From Callorhinchus milii (taxonomy: Eukaryota): a stretch of DNA of 64,000 nucleotides. The stretch covers positions 51,398,001 to 51,462,000 of the forward strand of contig NW_024704744.1 in assembly GCF_018977255.1 (NCBI RefSeq). Direction: 5' to 3'. Below the pieces are notes generated by a model. That model did no database searches. It had not been told where the DNA came from and saw only the letters and a list, made by a program, of their open reading frames with translations. The stretch's first letter is position 1; each line of letters begins with the position of its first letter. The position numbers were made by a program, and so were the translations under genes. Below, one piece after another: positions 12,946-24,880 of this stretch.

Positions 12946-13299
12946 ATTGTAATGTAAGCACCAAATAATTGTTTCTTCCCTGCTGAGCCCAGATATTGGA
13001 TTATTCTAATTTACTAGCATTCATCTCATATTATACATAATGGACAAACATTACTGATTGTTTCTTATTTCCCAAATGAAAACCACCATGATTTGAACAA
13101 TATATTTGATGCCATGTTGATGAGGTGGGGTGTTGCATTCCAAATCGCAAACCAAACAAGGTAGATTGCAGGCAGAAGCAGTTTTCAATTCTATTTGAAC
13201 TGGTTCTCAAGCAGTCTATAAACTGGTGCAGTATCAAATTGTATCATTAACTTTTATGACTGTGGCTATTTTCAAACTAGTGGTTAAGTCTTACAACAT

Positions 13300-13535
13300 T
13301 AAAACGGTTATGGAAATGTGGAACTCACTACCCGTAGTGAGTTCCACATTTCCATAACGCTGCTGGGTCAATTGAATATTGAAATATTAAAGAGGGAGGT
13401 CGATTTTGGTAGGCTGGGGTATCCAGATGGAAGGGCAGGAAAATTATACTAAGTTGCAGATCAGCCATTATCTAATGAATTGGTGGAACAGGTTCTGAAT
13501 GATCTACTCATGTTTCCATCTTATCATGTGCTTAT
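13300..13535 (+). mobile_element. Degenerate CR1 3' end containing a fold-back palindrome
   Basis: WNSLP-type start; gcagatcagcca...ggtggaacagg tail remnant. Confidence 0.55.
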
Positions 13536-13699
13536 GTACAGTTAGAACAATAAATTGTGTGTAACTAAGTGTTTCAAAGGTTAAAGAGAGTGATGATGTT
13601 TGTTACAAATGTGCTATTGGGATCAGTTGGGCTGATACAATAACAGCATCTATTGTAGCCAGGTGAATAGTTGTATAGGTTCCTCATATCATCTCAATG

Positions 13700-13902
13700 T
13701 ATGACTCATGTTATTTTCAGTCAGAGTGGAAGCCAATTCGATAACAACTTTTAAGAGAGAAGTAGATAATTATTTGGCGAGGAACACGTTCGCAGGGCTA
13801 TGGGGAGAGAGCGGGGAAGTGGGATTGATTTGTACAGCTCTTTTCAAAAAGCCGGACAGACACAATGGGCCGAATGGCCTCCTTCTGTACTGTATGATTC
13901 TA
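13700..13902 (+). mobile_element. CR1-clade LINE 3' end
   Basis: EANSITTFKREVDNYL and tail gggccgaatggcctccttctgtactgtatgattcta. Confidence 0.75.
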
Positions 13903-15129
13903 GAGGACTGGAAGCTGTTTTACTATTACAATTACAAGCACAATCCTAGCACCTTCAATCTGCTTCTCCTCACAGTTTATCCCATCGATTGCCCTTTCAG
14001 GAATGGGATCCTTGCTATTGTTTCCTGTGACATAGCTTCAACTGACCAATACTCATTAAAATCTCAAGGTGATAAATCTACATTTCCCCCTTCTCCTGTT
14101 TGTATTCTCAGCCTCTTTTTTTCTGACAGGAAATGCAGGAGAGTGATAAACAAGCTCAGAATTGAGAAGGCAAGATATACAGCAGCTCAAAACATCAGGA
14201 GAACTAGAGCCAGAAACCATCAAATATTTTTAGGGAAACTGGTAAGTATTGGAAACGGTCAACTCAATTGGGAATGCTGACAAAATGTGCTATTACAAAC
14301 ACAAATAGAGTCTATCTGTGATAGGCAGTCTGAGATTCGGATGGTTAACTGATAATACATTATAACAGAGAGCATCTGAAATGCAAATTAAATATCAGAC
14401 ATAGAATACCACCATACTGTGTATTAAACAATATACCCAAGAAAATATAGTCTAAAATAGGCCCTTGTCTCCAGAACCAAAATAATGACTCAAATTGCAG
14501 TACAATGAGCAAATTCCTTTACCTTGATCCCCAAAACTTTGCACAATGAGCCAAACAGATTATCAACATTTCAAGAATTAACTTCAAATGCAAATTCAAG
14601 ACTTGCCTCCACTGGTATGGAAGCACTAAGATCTGGGTGCTCCTAAGCTACCTCTGAGCCACTTAAGTGAGTGGGTGGTGACCTGCTCAGGCCCAGCCCC
14701 AGGCATATGATGTTCGGGTCGAGGACAGTGCTGCTGAGATGGAATCGCCTTGTTGAGTTTTGCTTGCTCATTGTTCTCCTTCTCTTCAGGTCCAATGGTT
14801 GTTTGGGTCCATTCAACTACTTGGTGTTGAGACATTCTTTCGACTTTGATCTGAGAGAATAAACCATCAAACAAAGTAACCTTTATTTAATCGTTCTATG
14901 ATCTATGAAACTATCAAGACAGAAGCAAAGCATGGTTGATTTCTAACCTAGAATATTTACTCTGTTATTACATATATTGTGGAAAAGATTTAAAGTTTTA
15001 TCTCAAGGATGGTACACCATGTCTCAAAGACAGTGTAATTTATCAAAATGTGACATACTTTGCTGTGCAAGTTCATTTCATCAGAGTATGATTTGAGAAA
15101 ATGTAATGCTGGTGAATCACCTACTTCTC

Positions 15130-15730
15130 CATAGGGAATTTGAGTTCATAGTCTACCCTGACAGTTCAATGAAGTTCTGGGAGAGCACTGCCTTGTTAAA
15201 AGTGCCCTCCACTCCGCAATTGGAGGCCGTGCTTTTGGTCACTTTGCCCTGAATCTCTCTGACTCAGGCCCTCCATCTTGCCCCCACCCTCTTTGCCCAT
15301 CTTCAAATCACACCTGAAAACTTTCCTCTTAGATCGTGCCTTCAGTCACCTCCGCTCCCTTTCTCAGTCGGCGTCAAGTCACACCACTGTTAAGCACTAT
15401 GTGATGCTACCTGCATGAAGGGTGCCACATAAATGCCAGTTGTTCTTTGCATGAAAAGTTAAACCAAGGTCTTGTCTGCTTGTTCAGGTGGATGTTAAAG
15501 ATCCCGTGGCACTACTTCAAAAGAGAAGGGAGTTCCACTGGTGACCTGGCCAACAATCCTCCAAATACAATTGGTCATTCACTCCATGGGATTTTGTGGG
15601 GCATTGTTATGTGCAAATTGACTGCCGTGTTCACCTATAAATATAAAGTAACTACACCTTACAGTAAAATCCTGAGAGGTCCTTTGAAATATTGACAAAA
15701 ATATAATAAGGCACTATATCAAATGCATTA
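15130..15730 (+). mobile_element. Deu-domain SINE with a nested L2 3' fragment (about 15208-15445)
   Basis: Core split at gtgccctc | tttgcatgaaaagttaaacc by an L2 tail. Confidence 0.65.
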
Positions 15731-17961
15731 TTATTAGCATATTTCATAAAACTTGGCAAAGGCAAGTTTTAATTTGCATGCCATACTTCCTTTTGCAGTT
15801 ACAATGAACTCGTACCTCCATTTTGGAAGTTTTTTAATCTTTCTGTCAATGGACTTGCTTCATACAAGAGAAAGGGTAGAGAAGTGTGTTACTTAACACT
15901 TGAAATATCGCATTCCTGTGTGTAAAGTAATAATAATTATCCTTGCATTTGCATTTCACGTCATCCAGACGTCACAAAATGCTTCACAGGATATACTGTA
16001 AAGTAGTGACTGTGTGTTTTCTGGATGAAATGCAGAAAAGTTGTACAAAGCAATGTCCCAGAAACAGCCATGTAGTGAGTAAAACATTTATTTACACTGC
16101 TTTTGTAGGCAAATGCAGTAGTCATATAGTCAAGGCAATACATTAGTTATTTATATATACAGGTCATATTTAAATGCAGAATATTTTCTAATTCTGTGTC
16201 CATTGCTATATAGTACATCTTAAAATGTATATTACCTCCATACACATTTGTTTTTTTAAAAGGCTTTGAATAACTGAATGTACCAAGAAGCTACTTTTTG
16301 GTATTCTGCTGTACACATCAGACGTTTTTTGTTTGCTTCAACCCCTGAACCAACACTCAATAGATTTGTCTTAGAGTGGAAAGTCTTAGGGATTCTGTAC
16401 CAAGGATAAAAGAAATCTCTGTAATCTTACATGTATTAAATATATAACATTTGTGAAAACAAGCTTTATAATGTATTGAACCCATTGAAACCAAGAAGTT
16501 GGCGAATAACTCGGACGATAGAGTACAGCTTTGAAAGTGCAGTTCTAATAATGAATACTTGATTTGAAAAAATGTTCGGAGTCCATAAACTAGTAGTTAA
16601 TGCATGGTGAGCTTTGAAAATTAACATCAATCTTACTTCAAATCTGAATGAAGAAGAACACAATGTTTCAAAGGAATTGACATTATTCCAAGCCCCTGTA
16701 AGCTGGTAATGGGCACAAATCGAGCAGTTTGCTAGCAGCTTTGTTTCATCAATTGAAAATGTTCCCCAGAAGCTCAGCAAGTTTATTCAGTGAGAATGCT
16801 GAGCCATACAGACTTTGAAAGTCTCATGTTTGATCTCCAATCTGTGCTGTACAACCAGGGTGGCATTAGAGGCATTAAAATTGGTTTCGCATCCCATCTT
16901 CAACGTATTTAAGAGAAAACGTAATGCATGCATGAAGGAGTATGTCTGCCTGCCTCCCCCCAGAAATGGGGGAGCAGCAGGGAGTGAGGTAAAGGCTCAC
17001 CATCCTGCAAAATGATGGCGGAGCCAGGACTAGCTCCCTGTAGAAAAGACCCCATTTCTAACTGTGTATGCAAAGGGCGGCAGAACGCCAAGGTAGGGAA
17101 GCCTTGGTCCCTTCACCAAAGTGGAGTGCGCAGAGGCAAGCCCCACACGCCACAAGGTGCTGGGTTTGTTTGCTTTCCATAAATGGATAATAACATGTTG
17201 CATCTTCTGGAATGGGTTTGATACTGTCTGAGACAAGCGTAAATATATACTAACAAATAAATATATATATTTTGATTTTAAAAAAATCAGTCTATGTAAT
17301 TCTCTGCAACTTAGAGAGGGAGATATCAGTCATGGTTCTGGCTCCTGATCATTAAACAACTTTTCTGTTGTAGATGCACGTGTTTCAAGACAAGTTCAAG
17401 CTAGGCTAAACCAGGATGCTTTCTACAGTCACTGCCAGCACTTACTCTCAACAGTCACACATGAGAAAGGTACACATGAGAAAGTACCAGACACCAGGTA
17501 CCTGTGAAAACTTCACCTAGTTGAAGGAAAACAAGAACAAAATCCTTTCAGGAAAGGAGAGACATTTAAAGTAGAAAACATAACTGGAAAAAATAATGAT
17601 TTTGAGAATGAGAAAGAAATTAAGTAAAAAATGTAAGGGTTATTACTAGGTAATTAGTACGTGAGTGTTTATTAACCCATTGGACAATTGAACCCAATAT
17701 TTACAAAAAATAGTCAACATCTGTACTGGACCCCATGCAGAATTGTATACCAAATTGCAAGATGCTTTAAACTCTGCTTAACGGTGAGGATTTTTTTTCA
17801 AATTAAAAAAAAATCCCTTATTCAAGACATGCTGCTATGGTGAAAGAGCACCCTGATCCCAGCAGAGAGGGAAGCTTGCAGTGTGTGTGTGTGAGAGCAG
17901 TCTCCAGTTAGTGTATGCGTGAGAGCAACCTGTAGTTAGTGTACATGAGAGAGTGCAGGCT

Positions 17962-18536
17962 AGTCAAGGTCACAAGTGACATCCTGACCATGTGTGACCA
18001 GGGCTCCCTCTGCCTCCTCGTCCTCCTCGACCTCTCCGCTGCTTTTGACACTGTGGACCATTCAATCCTCCTCCACCACCTCTCCTCCCACCTCAACTTC
18101 CAAGGTTTTGTCCTTGGCTGGTTCAGGTCCTATCTTTCACGCTGCCTAAGCAAACGGCTTCTCCTCCAGGCCCGGCACCGTCTCGTGCGGTGTTCCTCAG
18201 GGCTCTGTCCTCGGTCCCCTCCTCTTCACCCTCTACGTGCTCGCCCTTGGTGACATCATCCGCAGACATGGGGTAAATTTCCACATGTATGTGGATGACA
18301 CCCCACTCTATCTCTCTGCCTCCATCCTTAACTCCAGCACTACTGGCGTCCTGATCGACTGCCTGTCCGACATCAAGTCCTGGATGAGGGACAACTTTCT
18401 CCAACTGAAGACCGAGACCCTCCTGATTGGCTCACGCCAGTGCCTCCGCACCTCGGGCGCTGGCAGCGTCAGCCTCCACGGCTGCACACTCAACCTCACT
18501 AAGCCCGTCAGGAACCTGGGTGTCTCGTTTGACCCT
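17962..18536 (+). mobile_element. L2 RT core fragment
   Basis: [39 protein letters not shown]; frameshifted. Confidence 0.92.
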
Positions 18537-18539
18537 GTA

Positions 18540-20043
18540 ATGTGTGGGTGTAGTTAGTGTGTGGGAGCGGGCGTAGTTAGTGTGTGGGAGCGGGCGTAGT
18601 TAGTGTGTGGGAGCGGGTGTAGTTAGTGTGTGGGAGCGGGTGTAGTTAGTGTGTGGGAGCGGGCGTAGTTAGTGTGTGGGAGCGGGCGTAGTTAGTGTGT
18701 GGGAGCGGGCGTAGTTAGTGTGTGGGAGCGGGCGTAGTTAGTGTGTGGGAGCGGGCGTAGTTAGTGTGTGGGAGCGGGTGTAGTTAGTGTGTGGGAGCGG
18801 GCGTAGTTAGTGTGTGGGAGCGGGCGTAGTTAGTGTGCGGGGCGTAGTTAGTGTGTGGGAGCGGGCGTAGTTAGTGTGTGGGAGCGGGCGTAGTTAGTGT
18901 GTGGGAGCGGGCGTAGTTAGTGTGTGGGAGCGGGCGTAGTTAGTGTGTGGGAGCGGGGTAGTTAGTGTGTGGGAGCGGGTGTAGTTAGTGTGTGGGAGCG
19001 GGTGTAGTTAGTGTGTGGGAGCGGGTGTAGTTAGTGTGTGGGAGCGGGCGTAGTTAGTGTGTGGGAGTGGGCGTAGTTAGTGTGTGGGAGTGGGCGTAGT
19101 TAGTGTGTGGAGTGTGGCGGGGGTAGTTAGTGTGTGGGAGCGGGCGTAGTTAGTGTGTGGAGCGGTGTAGTTAGTGTGTGGGAGGGGTGTAGTTAGTGTG
19201 TGGGAGCGGGTGTAGTTAGTGTGTGGGAGCGGGCATAGTTAGTGTGTGGGAGCGGGTGTAGTTAGTGTGTGGGAGCGGGTGTAGTTAGTGTGTGGGAGCG
19301 GGCGTAGTTAGTGTGTGGGAGCGGGTGTAGTTAGTGTGTGGGAGCGGGCGTAGTTAGTGTGTGGGAGCGGGTGTAGTTAGTGTGTGGGAGCGGGTGTAGT
19401 TAGTGTGTGGGAGCGGGCATAGTTAGTGTGTGGGAGCGGGGTAGTTAGTGTGTGGGGGGGCGTAGTTAGTGTGTGGGAGCGGGTGTAGTTAGTGTGTGGG
19501 AGCGGGTGTAGTTAGTGTGTGGGAGCGGGTGTAGTTAGTGTGTGGGAGCGGGTGTAGTTAGTGTGTGGGAGCGGGCGTAGTTAGTGTGTGGGAGCGGGTG
19601 TAGTTAGTGTGTGGGAGCGGGTGTAGTTAGTGTGTGGGAGCGGGTGTAGTTAGTGTGCGGAGTGTAGTGTGTGGGAACGGGGTGCAGTTAGTGTGTGGGT
19701 GAAGTTAGTGTGTGGGAGGGGTGTAGTTAGTGTGTGGGTGTGGGGTGTAGTTAGTGTGTGGGAGTGCGGTGTAGTTAGTGCGTGGATGTAGTTAGTGTGT
19801 GGGTGTAGTTAGTGTGTGGGTGTAGTTAGTGTGTAGTTAGTGTGTGGGTGTAGTTAGTGTGTAGTTAGTGTGTGGGTGTAGTTAGTGTGTAGTTAGTGTG
19901 TGGGTGTAGTTAGTGTGTAGTTAGTATGTGGGTGTAGTTAGTGTGTAGTTAGTGTGTGGGTGTAGTTAGTGTGTAGTTAGTGTGTGGGTGTAGTTAGTGT
20001 GTAGTTAGTGTGTGGGTGTAGTTAGTGTGTAGTTAGTGTGTGA
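18540..20043 (+). repeat. G-rich minisatellite: 23-bp unit GTAGTTAGTGTGTGGGAGCGGGY (roughly 48 copies), then a 17+11 = 28-bp composite unit
   Basis: Periodicity read directly (e.g. units starting at 18573 and 18596); no unique spacers. Confidence 0.97.
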
Positions 20044-20044
20044 G

Positions 20045-20520
20045 CGGGGGTGGCAGGTCTGTCAGGCTGTCAATCTCAGGGGTTGGACAAGATGGCGGCT
20101 GTCATGTCGCCCCTGGTTACGGTCGGTCGTCTGATTCGGGTTTTAAACATCGAAAACAGCCGGTTATCGCCAGGCCTTTGCCGGGCGCCGTACAGAGGTG
20201 AGCGGCAGCGCGGGCAGCGAGGTGTGAGTGTCCCCGGGGCGGGCGGGGGCGGGGGGGGGAGGGGCGGGGGGTGTAATGTTTTAAAGGAGGAGTTTGAAGC
20301 CGGCGCCGGGAGCTCCAGGAAGCACAGTGTGTGCTGTTGGTGCGGCCCGGCCCGGCCCGGCCTACTGCATCAGGCTCCAGTGATTTCAGCCCCCGCTGTT
20401 TAGACTGAGATTTGCAGCGTGTCTGCGGCTCTTACTGCCCCACAGGGCCTCCCACCTCTCCGGTCTCCAACCACCCCGTCTTCTCCTCGAAGCGACTGGA
20501 CGTAAACACCTGGAAAGGAG
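20045..20520. promoter_or_regulatory. CpG island around AFG1L exon 1 with a YY1/TISU motif
   Basis: CpG-rich; CAAGATGGCGGC at 20088-20099; GGGGCGGG boxes just downstream of the donor. Confidence 0.7.
20092..20197 (+). CDS. AFG1L: AFG1-like ATPase exon 1 (MAAVMSPLVTVGRLIRVLNIENSRLSPGLCRAPYR), probable mitochondrial presequence
   Basis: caagATGgcggc start in a CpG-rich region; Arg-rich, acid-poor peptide; G|GTGAGC donor is phase 1, compatible with exon 2. Confidence 0.82.
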
Positions 20521-20609
20521 TAACTAACGGGGTGGGGCTGGGGCTGGGCAGGTAACATGGGCTGAGGGAGGGGTCTGCTCTTCAACAGTCACCGTGACTT
20601 TCTCCCCCC

Positions 20610-21130
20610 CCCTACAAACCGTATCACCCCAACTCATTACCTCTCCATCCCTCCATCTCCCCCCCACCTCCATCTCACCCCCCTCCCTCCATCTCACCCC
20701 CCCTCCATCTCACCCCCCCTCCATCTCACCCCCCCTCCCCCACCTTTCATCTCAACCCCTCCACCTCGCCCTCCCCTCTCTATCCTCCACCTTGCCCAAC
20801 ACATACCCTCCATCTCGCCCCCTGCCTACCCTCTATCTCGCCACCACCTGCCTACCCTCCATCTCGCCCCCCACTCTCTACACTCCATCTCGGCCCCCCT
20901 CTACACTCCATTTTGCCCCACCATCCCTATCCTCATCTCGCACCCCCACCCTACCCTTCATCTCACCCCCGCCCTTCATCTTGCCCCCCCCCCACCCCTG
21001 CCCACATCCCTACCCCCACCTTACCCCCGCTCCCTACCCTCCACCTCATCCCCCTCCCTAGGCCTCCATCTCGCCCTCCCCCAAGCCCCCACCTCACCTC
21101 CCTCTCTCTGCACTCCTCCACTTCACTCGC
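20610..21130 (+). repeat. C-rich degenerate tandem / low-complexity tract (CCTCCATCTCRCCCC-like)
   Basis: Recurrent ctccatctc(a/g)cccc units; source of the Pro-rich spurious ORFs. Confidence 0.85.
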
Positions 21131-21599
21131 CTTCAACTTCTCTCTACCATCCACAAAGCCTTCCGTGCTGTCTTTATATCCCACCTTAAAAGCTTAACTC
21201 TTCGGCTGCAAGTATGGTCATCTTCTCCCCGCTCCGCATTCAACACCATCCCTGTGACAATATCCTATGGGTGCTATATAAATGCAAGTTCTTGTTCCTT
21301 CACAGCATTAGCAGCTATGGGAAGGCGTAGTGTGCAGTTTTACACCAGGAACATTGTTTGGGTGTTTAAAGTTTGATCTAGTCTCTGTCTGTTAGGTCAT
21401 TTACTGAGCCTTGAAAATTAACCATCTTGCAGATTTGTGGGAAATTCTTACATTTAGGCTTAATTTGGAAACTGCTTTTCTGCTGTTCTTATTTTTTAAA
21501 AAAATGCTTCCAAATTAAGACTCAATATGAAAATTTTCCACAGTTCTACTCGGTCTTAACTTAAAAACAGAATGGTTACTCTTTGGCTCATTAACGTCT

Positions 21600-24060
21600 A
21601 AAATCTCATGGCTCTCACCTCCTCCACCTACCCAACTTCCCCCTAAAACTCTCCGAACCCGTACGCAACCTAAAGCATCAGGTTCGACCCCCACTTATCC
21701 TTCCTCCCCCACATCTGGTCCCTCACCAGCACCGCCTTCTACCACCTCTGACGCATCGCCTGCCTCTGCCAATATCTCTCCCCAAAAGCTGCTGAAATCC
21801 TGGTCCATGCCTTTGTCACCTCTCGGCTGGACTACTCCAACGCCCTCCTCACCGGTCTCCCATCCACTACCATCCATAAAATCCAAATCGTTCAAAACTC
21901 TGCCGCCCGCTTTCTGACCCGCACAAAACTCCTCTCCCCGATCACCCCAGTCCTCGCCAGACTGCACTGACTGCCTATCCCAGAGAGGATCGATTTCAAG
22001 ATCCTCACCCTTGTATTCAAGTCCCTGCACTCCTCTGCGCCCTTCTACCTCTCTGACCTCTCTCCTCAAAACAGTACCCGTTGCCTTCGTTCCTCTGGGT
22101 CTGGCCTCCTCCTCGTCCCCCGCTCTACCCTCGGCGGCCGTGCCTTCAGCCACTATGCCCCGAGGCTCTGGAATTGCCTTCCTCACTCCCTTCGTCTTGC
22201 TCCCTCCCTTCCCATTTTCAGGTCTCTGCTGAAGACCTTTCTTTTCGACTGCGCCTTTGGTCATCTTCCTCCCCCTCCCCCCGGCTCGGTCCCAGGATCT
22301 GTTACTGTAAAGCGCTCTGAGATGCCGTCCAGCGTGGAGGGTGCTATATAGAACGTCGACGGACCTGGAGTTGGTACTGGAGGACGCAAAGTGGAAGTTT
22401 ACCCCGTGTCTGTTGATGACATCACCCAGAGGGAGCATGTAGATGAAGAAAAGAAACGGGCGAAGGATGGAGCCCTGGGTGACCGGGTGGGGGCGGGAGG
22501 AGAAATCATTGGCTGAGATGAGATGGATGTATTTGATTATGTAGGACTCAAACTATGTGAGTGTGGCCCCCTAAGGTGAATGAGGGAGGAAAGGCGGTGG
22601 AGGAGGATGGCGTGGTTGACTGTGTCGAATGCGGCAGGGGGATCCAGGAGGACGAGGAGGCAGAGGGAACCCTGGTCACAGATAGAGAGGACATTGTTTG
22701 TGTCTTTGACAAGCGCTGTCTCTGTGCTGTGGGCTGGACGAAAACCAGACTGCAGGGGCTCGAGGAGGGAGTGGAGGGAGAGGTGTGACCGAAGCTGACC
22801 TGCAACAATGCGTTCCAGGACTTTGGCAAGTAAGAGAAGGTTGGAAATGGGACTGCAGTGTGAGAAATTAGATTGATCGAGGGTAGATTTTTTAGGCGGG
22901 GTGTGATAACAGAGGTCTTGCTCCCCCCTACCTCTCTGACCTCCTAATCCCTACAACCCTGTTCGCTCCCTCCACTTAGCGGGTTCCAGCCTGCTTCACG
23001 TCCCCCGCCTTGCTCGCCCCATTAACACCGGGCGGACCTTCCGGCACTCTGCCCCCACCCTCTGGAACTCCATCCCTCAGTCTCGCCCCCTCCCTCGTCA
23101 CCTTTGAGACCCACCTCAAGACCCTCCTCTTCGACCGTGCTTTCGATTTCCTTGCTTCCCCCCTGCTCTCCCCCCTCCCCCACCCCGACCCTCAGCTCGG
23201 GTCCGTAACTCAAATGTAATTTTGTTGTTTTGAGGGGGAGTGGAACAGAGCCTGAGGAGAGAGACTGATTGACTATGTCGGGCAGCTGGGAGAGAGGAGG
23301 GGGGGTTGAGTGACCAGCAGCTGGTAGGGGAGGGAGTTGAGGCAGCAGGTGGTGAACTTTTATCCGGGTGATTGTAGTTGAAAGGGAGGAGGGAGGCAAA
23401 GGATTGCAAAGAGGGGGGAGTAGCAGGAGCCGTGGTAGAGGGATAAGGCAGTGTGTATAGTCTGGGTGGGGTGGAAGGGGACATGGGGGTGGGGGGGAGG
23501 ACGATGCAGCCAAACGGATGCTTTCGATCTTTGAGGTGAAGAAGTCTAGGACCTCTTTACAATTGGCGGTAGATGTGAGTATAGAGAGTGCTTAAGGGGT
23601 TGCACGGAGGAGTTGATGGACGGTGGAAAACAGTGATTTGGGATTGTTGTTTGCCTCCAGGATAACTTTGGAGTAAAAGTCAGTTTTGGCCTGTGAAAGG
23701 GAGAGGCGCTAGGTGCGGAGGTGCTCGAGGCATAGCTGGTGGAGAAATCATGAGGCCGAATTTCTGCCATCTGCACTTGAAGGTCTGGGTTTGTATTTTG
23801 AGTCAGCGTAGATGACTGTTGTACTAGGGGGAGCAGGTGGGTTGGGAAACAACCCTGGATTTCGGGGGAGCCAAGGAATTGAAGGTTGTGGAGAGCTGGT
23901 CATTCAGCAGCTTGATGGCTGCATCAGGATCGCTGTGGGTGAATCTTGTGTAAGGCACATTGATTTTAAAATCCCATCCAGAACAATTAGCCTGAAGGTG
24001 AACAACATCACCTTCCAATTTTTTTTATTGATCCAAGAATTCATGTGGTTGGAAGTTGAT
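21600..24060. mobile_element. Cluster of L2 fragments in alternating orientation (+21600-22350, -22380-22915, +22920-23230, -23230-24060)
   Basis: RT C-terminus and tail on +; LDPPAAFDTVNH / QGSILRPFLF core on -; upstream linker on -. Confidence 0.8.
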
Positions 24061-24477
24061 GAAGAAGGTTGGAAGTTGGTGAAGAATGTCCTTTCTTAAA
24101 TATATTTAAAAAACTACCCGTGTTTGTAAAAGTGTAATCAAATACCTGTGGAATGTAGTTGGAAACTATTGTGGGGGTTCTGTGGTTTCATGTGTACTAG
24201 AGATTTAAACTGTTTCATCAGATTACAAATGTCTTAAAATATACAATGCTGGTATTCTCCCCCACCTCTTCCCATGTCAAGCCTTCCTAAATCATGTATC
24301 TGCCCCGAATAGGCAGAAGGGATGCTCCAAGGCCTCAGCAGCTGCCAGTCATCTTGCAAGAGGATGGGGAAGATATATGAAAACAAACCTGCTTTGGCTA
24401 TTTCTCTTTATCTTTTTAATTTTTTAAATAAATATGTTCCCCTCTGGCCCTGTGGGGGCTGCTTCTGTCATTGTCCT

Positions 24478-24766
24478 GCAGTTTAGTGGTTAGAGCACTC
24501 GCTCATAAGCGAAAAGTTGGGCATATTTCCTTAGTCCACACGCCTCTGTTTACCTCGCAGTAAGTAAGAACCCGGCTGTTAGTTGATGGGCGGATCCCTT
24601 ATAAAAAAAAATTATTTGATCACTTAATCCACATTTGGTTGTGGGACATTGCTGAATGCAATTGGCTACCACTTTTCGCCTACAAAACATACGGTCAATT
24701 CACTTTACAGTATATTCTGTGTTGAGACATCTAGAAGACGTGATATCAAACGCAAGGATTATTATT
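24478..24766 (+). mobile_element. tRNA-SINE, long subfamily, degenerate
   Basis: Head, internal segment and tail recognisable. Confidence 0.75.
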
Positions 24767-24880
24767 GTACATATGTTGCATTGTACCTCAAGTTTAATTT
24801 TGCTTTTTAGGGTTATATCAGAGATGTGAAAACTTTGGCCCTAGTGGCTCCTAAATCTTGTATTATGCTTAAGAAAAAAG

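Noticed and set aside
14626-14874. Minus-strand 82-aa ORF with an acceptor-like site
   Set aside because: No recognisable homology, no good donor and no partner exons
18540-20043. CRISPR array or telomeric repeat
   Set aside because: Units are contiguous with no unique spacers, there are no cas genes, the context is vertebrate, and the unit is not TTAGGG
20594-21197. Proline-rich extensin-like ORFs
   Set aside because: Artefact of the C-rich low-complexity tract
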